Of a stretch of 32,000 nt of DNA, positions 17,591 to 26,856 are shown piece by piece. Under the pieces are notes generated by a model that was not told the DNA's origin, made no database searches, and was given only the letters and a program-made list of their open reading frames with translations. The first letter of the stretch is position 1. Each line of letters begins with the position of its first letter. The stretch comes from an uncultured Nitrososphaerota archaeon (GTDB lineage Archaea; Korarchaeota; Korarchaeia; Korarchaeales; Korarchaeaceae): NCBI GenBank assembly GCA_964480775.1, contig CAYZRF010000007.1:40687-72686 (forward strand), read 5' to 3'. The position numbers were made by a program, and so were the translations under genes.

Positions 17591-18445
17591 TCAGAGAATT
17601 TTGACAAAAGGACTAAATCGTACTTTGCTGAAATGAGGAAGTTTTGCTCCTTCATCCATTTTTTTACCTTTTTTCTTTCGAGGCCCAGCCCAATCTCTGA
17701 ACTTAAAGTGAAGTTTTGTTCCGACTGAGAGAAAAATCATAGTGAATAAAAGTAGTGAAATTACATCTAAAATGGGTCCAAAGCTAGTTTTACCCTCTAA
17801 TGCATGCCTTAGTAAATCGTTTGCATAAGTAAGTGGCGATAAAATTGTGATAGTACGGAAAAGACTTGGTATTTTCTCTATGGGTATGTATATCCCACTG
17901 ATGAAGATTAAAGGCAGACGAACGAAGTTTAGAGCCATAGTCACATCTCCAGGATACTCGGTGGGGATTGAGGCGAACATAATACCCAATGCAGCAAAAC
18001 AGACTGAAGAGAAGAGAAGTCCAACAATTAAAGAGAAAAAGCTCATCACCTTCAATCCAAACGCTAAAAGGCCAAAAGCAACAGGGATGATCCCTATCAT
18101 AACGCTATACACTACTCCAGCCATTACTTTTCCTAGTAAGATAGAATAAAAGGAAATTGGGGCTGCTAGCAATCTTTCAAATGTCTTCAATCTTCTCTCT
18201 AATGGAATAGAGAATGGACCTATCGATGAAGAACTGAAAAGTATTATGATTGCTGTTAGTCCAGGAATCAGTGTGGAGATCGGTGCATTTTTTCCAACAG
18301 CAAAAGATAGGAACATAGAAAATGGAAACATTATCCCAAACATAATTGTCCCAGGCCTAGTGTAGTAAACCTTCATGTCTTTCTTTGCTATGGCCCAGGC
18401 CGCTAAAAGATCTCTTTTTAAGGCGTCAATAAACCCGTATCTCAA
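17591..18445 (-). CDS. ABC-2-type transporter permease
   Basis: The N-terminus AIAKKDMKVYYTRPGTIMFGIMFPF is followed by 6 TM helices, typical of ABC-2 permeases. The TTG start overlaps the ATPase stop by 4 nt (TTGA), with the SD GGAGGG upstream. Confidence 0.8.
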   Translation of the reverse strand: MRYGFIDALKRDLLAAWAIAKKDMKVYYTRPGTIMFGIMFPFSMFLSFAVGKNAPISTLIPGLTAIIILFSSSSIGPFSIPLERRLKTFERLLAAPISFYSILLGKVMAGVVYSVMIGIIPVAFGLLAFGLKVMSFFSLIVGLLFSSVCFAALGIMFASIPTEYPGDVTMALNFVRLPLIFISGIYIPIEKIPSLFRTITILSPLTYANDLLRHALEGKTSFGPILDVISLLLFTMIFLSVGTKLHFKFRDWAGPRKKKGKKMDEGAKLPHFSKVRFSPFVKIL

Positions 18446-19392
18446 AACTTTCCCTCCCTCAAAGTTCCTTCAGTAAGTACAAGGAATACATCCTCAAGAC
18501 TAGGTCCAAGAGTATTAAGACTGATTATCCTAAGCCCGTTCTTATTAGTAAACTTCCAGAGCTCTTCAATGACCGTGGAAGGATCGGACGTGTAAAGCCT
18601 GAACTTATCTCCCTGCTTTAAAACCTCATTTACTGTTGGTAAGCCCCTTAACCCTTCAATCAATTTAGGTGTTGATGAGTTGAACGCCACAACAACTGAC
18701 TGAACACTTTCTATAGTCCTCTTAAGCTTTTCAGGAGTATCTATTGCTGCAATCCTTCCTTTGTTTATTATAGCAACCCTATCACAAATGAGATTAGCTT
18801 CCTCTATATTATGTGTGGTAAGAAAGATGGTCATCCCTTGATCATTTAATCTCTTTATCATATGCTTTATTGTCCTAGCAGAGGAAACATCAAGCCCAGA
18901 GGTGGGCTCATCGAGGAAAAGAAGCTCTGGGTCGTTTACCAACCCCATCGCTATTGTCAGTTTTCTCTTCATTCCTTTCGAAAAACCTTTTACTTTGTTC
19001 TTTCTCCTCTCATATAACCCAAACATCTCTAAAAGATCCTTAGCCCTCTTTTCTCTTTGTTCTCTACTGACTCCATAAAGTTCTCCCGAAAATATAAGGT
19101 TGTCCCACGCAGATAGGTCGTCATATACGTTAGAGGTCTCTGGAACAATGCCAATTCTCTTCTTAGCTTCTAGGGTTTCCTTAACTACATCATATCCGAA
19201 TATTTTTGCAGTCCCCTCAGTAGGAGGGGTTAGACCAGTGAGCATTCTGATTGTAGTGGTCTTTCCAGCCCCGTTGGGGCCTAGGAAACCAAATATTTCA
19301 CCCTTTCTTACCTCAAAGCTTATGTGATCTACAGCAAGTATCTCGCCATAATATTTAGTCAAATTATCTGTTTCTATTGCTATTTCACTCAT
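18442..19392 (-). CDS. ABC transporter ATP-binding protein (DrrA/CcmA-like exporter class)
   Basis: Walker A is GPNGAGKTTT, the signature motif is FSKGMKRKLTIA, Walker B is LLFLDEPTSGLD, and the H-loop is TTH. Confidence 0.9.
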   Translation of the reverse strand: MSEIAIETDNLTKYYGEILAVDHISFEVRKGEIFGFLGPNGAGKTTTIRMLTGLTPPTEGTAKIFGYDVVKETLEAKKRIGIVPETSNVYDDLSAWDNLIFSGELYGVSREQREKRAKDLLEMFGLYERRKNKVKGFSKGMKRKLTIAMGLVNDPELLFLDEPTSGLDVSSARTIKHMIKRLNDQGMTIFLTTHNIEEANLICDRVAIINKGRIAAIDTPEKLKRTIESVQSVVVAFNSSTPKLIEGLRGLPTVNEVLKQGDKFRLYTSDPSTVIEELWKFTNKNGLRIISLNTLGPSLEDVFLVLTEGTLREGKF

Positions 19393-19395
19393 TTC

Positions 19396-19764
19396 TCAAC
19401 CCTCACCGAATTTTTTCTCATAAAAACGAAGTAGCTCCTCTATAATCCTTTTTCTTTCTTTGAGTATTTCGAGTCGTCTCTTGAGCACCTCAATGCCCTC
19501 TTTTGTGAGTGTGTAAACCCTTCTGTCAGCCCCACTTCCTTTCTCCCATTTCGAAGAGAGCAAACCCCTGCGTTCCATTCTTCTAAGGATTGTGTACATA
19601 ACCCCCGTCTCAGGGGCATAAAGACCAGATGTAATCTTACTAATCTCTTCCATAATCTGATAGCCATGCATCGGTTTTTCATAGAGGATTCTGAGTGTTA
19701 AGAGCTGGATCAAGCTTATCGGTTCAAGACCGCATCTATGTGAACGCATCTTATGGCACATCAT
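19396..19764 (-). CDS. PadR-family transcriptional regulator
   Basis: LTLRILYEKPMHGYQIMEEI...MYTILRRMERRGLLSSKWE...RRVYTLTKEG is the PadR wHTH signature. Its stop lies 3 nt from the ATG of the ABC ATPase. Confidence 0.85.
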   Translation of the reverse strand: MMCHKMRSHRCGLEPISLIQLLTLRILYEKPMHGYQIMEEISKITSGLYAPETGVMYTILRRMERRGLLSSKWEKGSGADRRVYTLTKEGIEVLKRRLEILKERKRIIEELLRFYEKKFGEG

Positions 19765-19775
19765 ATGACTGGGCG

Positions 19776-19796
19776 ATATGTAACATCGTTACATAT
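19776..19796. promoter_or_regulatory. Perfect 21-bp palindrome (candidate PadR operator) overlapping the padR promoter TATA box
   Basis: The sequence is ATATGTAAC-ATC-GTTACATAT, with 9-nt arms and a 3-nt spacer. It lies 11 nt upstream of the padR ATG at 19764. On the minus strand, TTTATATA (19793..19800) overlaps one arm. It contains an ATGT...ACAT core like known PadR operators. Confidence 0.5.
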
Positions 19797-19851
19797 ATAA
19801 ACGTTATACTTATCTTAACTAAAACTTCAAATAGAATGTGTAATCGGTGTT

Positions 19852-19862
19852 ATAAAAAAGGG
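19852..19862 (-). terminator. Oligo-T tract downstream of cdc48
   Basis: The minus strand reads CCCCTTTTTTA about 30 nt after the cdc48 stop. Archaeal terminators are typically T-runs. Confidence 0.3.
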
Positions 19863-19891
19863 GAAGGGAGAAATAAATGAATTACCACAGT

Positions 19892-22177
<2,286 letters not shown>

Positions 22178-22218
22178 TCACCTAATATAAATTCTTTCCA
22201 AAATAAAAACAAATACTA

Positions 22219-22230
22219 AGAAAAAATTAA
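22219..22230 (-). terminator. Oligo-T tract downstream of hsp20
   Basis: The minus strand reads TTAATTTTTTCTT starting 8 nt after the hsp20 stop. A second T-rich stretch and A/T boxes follow before cdc48. Confidence 0.35.
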
Positions 22231-22237
22231 GGGGGAT

Positions 22238-22738
22238 TTACTCTATGTTTATTTTCGTCCCAGAGGGCTTAACTTCCCTCTTTGTCTTGAACGTGACCTC
22301 TAGCACGCCATTGTTGTACTTGGCCTTTGCACTTTTTACATCCACTTCGATTGGTAGGTCCACGCTGGCCTTGTACTTCCTGTCGCCTCTCTCCGCACTT
22401 ATCTCAACCCTTTTCTCCGTTGCCCTGAGTTCTATGTCCTTCTTTTCTACACCAGGCATTTCAGCAATGACCTTTACCTCGTTGTTCTTTTCGTCTACCA
22501 TTACGTCGACGAACGGGGTCCTGAAGCCCTCAACTTCCTGTACTGGAGGCACATTACCAAACGTCCTGACTACAGGCTTTCCTTCTGGTCCCATGGTTAT
22601 TGAGAATCCGTATACATAGGGCCCGAAGGTCTTTCCTATCTTCATTGAAGAGAATTCTCTGTCTAGCATCCTCTCCATTCTTTTAAATTCCTCTTCTATA
22701 TCATCAAACACCTTTCTGATCCATCTATCCCAATACAT
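22238..22738 (-). CDS. hsp20: Small heat-shock protein, Hsp20/alpha-crystallin family
   Basis: The alpha-crystallin domain reads VDVMVDEKNNEVKVIAEMPGVEKKDIELRATEKRVEISAE...YKASVDLPIEVDVKSAKAKYNNGVLEVTF. I prefer the ATG at 22738, which has the SD GGGGGTGAT 5 nt upstream. The GTG at 22747 used by the track lies inside that SD. Confidence 0.9.
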   Translation of the reverse strand: MYWDRWIRKVFDDIEEEFKRMERMLDREFSSMKIGKTFGPYVYGFSITMGPEGKPVVRTFGNVPPVQEVEGFRTPFVDVMVDEKNNEVKVIAEMPGVEKKDIELRATEKRVEISAERGDRKYKASVDLPIEVDVKSAKAKYNNGVLEVTFKTKREVKPSGTKINIE

Positions 22739-22767
22739 CCAAATCACCCCCTTCTACTTTGTTCTCG

Positions 22768-22798
22768 AATATTTAACCAGATATTACATATATAAAAA
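22768..22798 (-). promoter_or_regulatory. hsp20 promoter: TATA box plus a downstream inverted repeat containing TGGTTAA (candidate Phr-type operator)
   Basis: The minus strand reads TTTTTATATA (22798..22789), then 3 nt (TGT), then AATAT-CTGGTTAA-ATATT (22785..22768). TGGTTAA falls near the position expected for the transcription start. Confidence 0.4.
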
Positions 22799-22870
22799 TT
22801 TTCCTCAAATTTGAAGATAACATACTAGGAGGACTTTTTGGAATTGTTGCTACTTTTCTTAATCTTTAGA

Positions 22871-23413
22871 CTAGGTTATACCACCTGTCGACTCTTTAAT
22901 TTCCCTCAAAACTTCTCTCTTTAACCATAACAGATAAGACTGAGACTCTTCTAATAGCTTAATACCTCTGTCTATCTTGGCTAAAAGGTCAGCCGACCTC
23001 CTTATCTTCTCTTCAAATGAATTACAGCGCTTTATTCTGGTCAATTCTTTCCTTCCCTCAGTTAAAATTTGAATGACATCTCTATCAAAGGAAGGCTTAA
23101 CTTGCGCAGTCAGATTAGAGGTGGAGATTCTGTGAATGCTATCTCCGAAGCAAAGAGAGAGAAATATGCTCTTCTTTAGGCGATAATATCTCCTGGGAAG
23201 GGCGTTTATGTCGCTTATAATTTCGTAACTTTCAACAAATCCTTCATCTTCCAGTTTTTTCAGGTGTTTGAGAATAGCTGTCTGGGAGACCATATCCCTT
23301 AACTCCTTCTGAAGCTCAAACAAGTATCTTGGCTGTTCAGAGATCAGCTCAATGAGCCTTCTTCTTACTTTATTTGACAGTATTTCAAATAATGTCTCAA
23401 GGTCCTCCTCCAT
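22871..23413 (-). CDS. phr: Winged-helix (ArsR-like) transcriptional regulator, probably a Phr/HSR1-type heat-shock regulator
   Basis: MEEDLETLFEILSNKVRRRLIELISEQPRYLFELQKEL...QTAILKHLKKLEDEGFVES...PRRYYRLKK is followed by a long helical C-terminal half. From memory it is collinear with the N-terminus of Pyrococcus furiosus Phr (LLDVLGNETRRRILFLL...PYFVSELSREL...VLEHLRILEEAGLIES...PRKYY). I moved the start to the ATG at 23413, which has the SD GGAGGG 4 nt upstream. Confidence 0.65.
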   Translation of the reverse strand: MEEDLETLFEILSNKVRRRLIELISEQPRYLFELQKELRDMVSQTAILKHLKKLEDEGFVESYEIISDINALPRRYYRLKKSIFLSLCFGDSIHRISTSNLTAQVKPSFDRDVIQILTEGRKELTRIKRCNSFEEKIRRSADLLAKIDRGIKLLEESQSYLLWLKREVLREIKESTGGIT

Positions 23414-23742
23414 CTGCCCTCCAAACTTCTTTGAAGCAGAAACCAATATATAAGTTTAGGTTGGGTATTGACTAAGAAAATAATCTAATGATCTGTGATG
23501 GCTACCCATCTATCCAGCATTTTTTCTTCGATTTAGTTCACCTATATCACTTTCTACAGAAGTTCATGCCCAAAGTATAGCTCAGGATTATAGGAGGAAT
23601 TCAGAGGAGTAGCAATGATGGTGAACTTCATCAGCAGCTTGGTGAACTCCGCCAAGATTTTCCTAGCGTTATCCCGGTGCTTTACAGACGGCCTAGTTTC
23701 AGCAGGGCCTATAAAAGAAAGGATTCACAGTCGTACGTGGAA

Positions 23743-24957
23743 TTAGTTTTGATCCGAGGGAATCCACTTTCTAATTTGAGAGCAGTATCTATTGATTTCT
23801 CCAAAAATCTCCCCAGGACATACTCTACACCTGCGGAACTGAGGTGATTTCCTTAGGGGGCAAACGGGAGGCTTGCCTTCGTTAAGCATCCTCAATATCT
23901 CGTAATCAATGAAATATCCTATCATGAAGTCGTTTTCTGGCGTAAGATTTTCAATTAATGCCGTTTTTCCATCTATTATGACTCGAGGTAGCATTCTTCC
24001 CACCCGATCTAGTGTGTCTATAAGGTCCCTGACAGTATTCCAAGGGGAAACGTGTTTATTGAAAAATACAGCCAATTTGAGAGTTTTTTCCTTAAGGTAA
24101 GGGTTTTCAGAGGAAGCAAGATCCCTAACCATCGCCTTTAGTTCCTTATGAATTCTGTCCATCCAAGTTTCGTAGGTGAGCCCAACCTGTCGTGGGTCAA
24201 AGGCCACCCTTTCCTTCATAAGGTGCTCTATAGTATCTGGACCGATTACTGTGCCTGTTAGTATAGAGAGGTCGCTGAGGAAGGAAACAAAGTCAAGAGA
24301 CTCATAGATGTTACGAAAATGGTTTAAGAACTTCTTGGCTTGTTTTAGTGCTGTTGCAAAAACGTTTCGGTGTCTCATCCCATAGCTCTCATTTAGGCTT
24401 TCCAAAGCTGATATGAAGCGTTTCTCGTGCGTTTTGCCTGCAATCTCAGAGAATTTCAGATAAATCTCTTTTCCCGTTCTTTCATAGCTGGCAACATGAA
24501 AATCAGGCCAGCTTAAAGCCAGAAACTGTGTCAACACACCTGACATCTCCAACGCTCTAGCGAGAGGCTCAGCTCGCGGAGTACCGCGAGCAAGAAATCC
24601 CCGAAATCCTTTCTTAAGCTCATTAGATCTCTTTAAGACTTCTTTCTCAAGTTCTCTCAAATATCTAAGTCCTGTAATAGTGAAAACGTACTTAGCATGA
24701 TCAGAGAGATGGCTCTTAGCGGAAAAAAGGTAGAATTTTGAGATATAATCCGGAGAAATTATGTTAATCTCTGACGATGACAAAAACTCAATCTTACTGC
24801 CAAATAAACCTCGAATAACTTGAATTGGGGCAGAAGGCTCATGTCGTAGATTAACTTCAAGTTCGGTTGTAAAATTAAGACTATTCCTTCTCGAGGCTGT
24901 TGTTGGAGTCAACAAGTTCAATAGGTTCTTTTTTCTTAAAAAAGGCAAGAAGCGCAA
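23743..24957 (-). CDS. Hypothetical protein, mostly helical, with a C-terminal 4-Cys cluster; family not recognised
   Basis: This is a 404-aa ORF. The C-terminus reads VCPLRKSPQFRRCRVCPGEIFGEINRYC (C-x12-C-x2-C-x12-C). The only start candidates near the 5' end are TTG at 24957 and internal Leu/Val codons, so the start is uncertain. The first Met lies far inside the ORF. Confidence 0.55.
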   Translation of the reverse strand: MRFLPFLRKKNLLNLLTPTTASRRNSLNFTTELEVNLRHEPSAPIQVIRGLFGSKIEFLSSSEINIISPDYISKFYLFSAKSHLSDHAKYVFTITGLRYLRELEKEVLKRSNELKKGFRGFLARGTPRAEPLARALEMSGVLTQFLALSWPDFHVASYERTGKEIYLKFSEIAGKTHEKRFISALESLNESYGMRHRNVFATALKQAKKFLNHFRNIYESLDFVSFLSDLSILTGTVIGPDTIEHLMKERVAFDPRQVGLTYETWMDRIHKELKAMVRDLASSENPYLKEKTLKLAVFFNKHVSPWNTVRDLIDTLDRVGRMLPRVIIDGKTALIENLTPENDFMIGYFIDYEILRMLNEGKPPVCPLRKSPQFRRCRVCPGEIFGEINRYCSQIRKWIPSDQN

Positions 24958-25066
24958 TAGTACCTTTCTCTAGGCGGCATTTTGACTCTAATTCCCTGAA
25001 TTTGTCAGGTACCGCTGTAGAAAAATCGAATCAAAGGTTTAAATCAATCTGGTGGTTCACAAATAG

Positions 25067-26383
25067 GTGCCATCTAAGAAGAGCATTCTTTCAGCCCTGC
25101 TATTGATCCTATCCCTCTTTCTATTCTACTTGAACTTAACTCAGTATAAACAGGAAGGTGTCCAAGAAGAACTGGAGCCCACATATTGGGAGTCGCCCTT
25201 TGGTTTGCATGGGATAGAGGAGGACTACAAGGCTATGACGGACATTGGCATCAGATGGTACAGGCTAGGAATCCATCCTGGACCAACGTTTCGACAGAAG
25301 ATAAGGCAGTACGATGAGAGGTATGCCGAATTCTGTGGGTCTGGCCTGAACATACTTGAGAACTTCATGCTTCACGGATGGAGAAAACTCATAGGAAATG
25401 TAGAGTATGCTGAACTCGTGAGGTTCATCGTTGAGAGATATGATGCAGATGGGATTAATGATGCGCCTAAAATCAACGGAACCGAGCCAAAAATATTGTT
25501 TTGGGAGATTGGAAACGAGCCCAACATAGAAGGCAAGGGAGACAGTTGTCCTCCGGAGGAATATGCCAGGTTTCTAAAGTTTATTTATCCGGTGATAAAA
25601 GGGGCCTGTCCGCAATGCAAAGTGCTTTTTGCAGGGTTAGTTCCCTTCACTCATGATGAATATCTCGATATTGTTCTCAAAAACGGAGGAGGAGATTATT
25701 TTGATATCGTTTCGCTGCACTATTACGGAAACGCCACTGGAGATTACGCATATGGGGTCGAGATGATCAGCGAAGTGAAAGCTGTGATGGCAAAGTACGG
25801 AATAAACAAACCCATATGGATTACGGAAACAGGAACATATAGTGGATCTGTTAACGGAATTTTCCAAAGCGAAGAGGAACAGGCAGCAGATCTCGTAAAG
25901 AGGTACGTGGTCCTTCTGTCTGCAGGAGCAGAGAAGATCTTTTGGGCATGGGGTCTCCATGAGGGATTTTGTGGAGACGGGAATCAGTATTTTGATCAGA
26001 CTGGTCTGATATACGATGGGAAGGGCGATTACGACAAGGGTTTCGGGGTAAAGAAGAGGGCCTACTATGCTTACGGCTTAATGACTGAGAAGCTGGAAGG
26101 CTTTACGAACATCGAAAAGGTTCAACTAGGCGAGAAAAACGTTTTTGTCTTCAGATTCGACAAGAAGAATGAGTACGTTTACGTGGTTTGGTGGGACTGG
26201 TGGAACGAACCAGAATTATCAGAGAAGGAGGTTAAGATACCAATAAGAGGTAGGGAAGCAGTGCTTACAATTGCAGTTCCTAACGAAAATGGTGAAGTCT
26301 ACTCCGAGACCATAAGACTCCGAAATGGCAGCTTAAGGTTAAAACTTAACAAATCTCCCGTGTACATAGAAGTAAAGCATTAA
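25067..26383 (+). CDS. Membrane-anchored or secreted clan GH-A (GH5-like, TIM-barrel) glycoside hydrolase
   Basis: The N-terminal hydrophobic anchor is SILSALLLILSLFLFYL. FWEIGNEPN contains the acid/base Glu of the NEP motif. KPIWITETG contains the nucleophile Glu. The start is GTG. Confidence 0.8.
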   Translation: MPSKKSILSALLLILSLFLFYLNLTQYKQEGVQEELEPTYWESPFGLHGIEEDYKAMTDIGIRWYRLGIHPGPTFRQKIRQYDERYAEFCGSGLNILENFMLHGWRKLIGNVEYAELVRFIVERYDADGINDAPKINGTEPKILFWEIGNEPNIEGKGDSCPPEEYARFLKFIYPVIKGACPQCKVLFAGLVPFTHDEYLDIVLKNGGGDYFDIVSLHYYGNATGDYAYGVEMISEVKAVMAKYGINKPIWITETGTYSGSVNGIFQSEEEQAADLVKRYVVLLSAGAEKIFWAWGLHEGFCGDGNQYFDQTGLIYDGKGDYDKGFGVKKRAYYAYGLMTEKLEGFTNIEKVQLGEKNVFVFRFDKKNEYVYVVWWDWWNEPELSEKEVKIPIRGREAVLTIAVPNENGEVYSETIRLRNGSLRLKLNKSPVYIEVKH

Positions 26384-26420
26384 GATGTTCAAGGATTCAA
26401 GAAAGCTCTTGACATTCTAT

Positions 26421-26702
26421 TTATCCAGTCATTTCTTCGACTTCTTCCTTACCCTCTTCTAGCTCCTTAACTTGTTCTTCATCCATCTTCAACAGCAGAG
26501 CTAAGAACTCCCCTACATGCGTTTTTTCTTCTTTTGCAATATCTAAGAGAATTCTCTTGATTATTTCATTTCCAGCGACTGCTGCCATTTGCTCATAGAG
26601 GTTTATGGCATCGAGTTCGGCGATTATCCCAACTCTCAGAATTTCCCTGTCTAAATCCTCTTTTTTTACCTGATCAAGATTGATAGGTATCTTTGATAAC
26701 AT
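26421..26702 (-). CDS. Encapsulated-ferritin-like (EncFtn / ferritin-like, rubrerythrin-superfamily) small protein
   Basis: The 93-aa protein contains AELDAINLYEQ...KEEKTHVGEFL. E29, Y36, E59 and H62 have the same spacing as the E32/Y39/E62/H65 iron-site residues I recall for Rhodospirillum rubrum EncFtn. Confidence 0.7.
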   Translation of the reverse strand: MLSKIPINLDQVKKEDLDREILRVGIIAELDAINLYEQMAAVAGNEIIKRILLDIAKEEKTHVGEFLALLLKMDEEQVKELEEGKEEVEEMTG

Positions 26703-26856
26703 ATTTTATCCCTAGTTCCTTTAAATCCAGGTTTAAATTAAATTTTCCTAAAATAACAGCTCTTAAAGCCTTACTAGGGATTCATACGTTAAATCTTCGG
26801 TTAATTAAATGAGAGAGCAAAATTAAATCATCAAAAGGTCGTTTATGAAGGTTAGA

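Noticed and set aside
19715-19740. GGTTCAAGACC, a T-loop-like sequence suggesting a tRNA
   Set aside because: The flanking bases do not form a T-stem, and no acceptor or anticodon arms can be drawn. It lies inside the PadR coding region.
23611-23660. AATGATGG followed by CATCAGCAG; possible C/D-box or other small RNA
   Set aside because: The boxes are not in canonical order or spacing on either strand. The region is better explained as the start of a possible small ORF, reported separately with low confidence.
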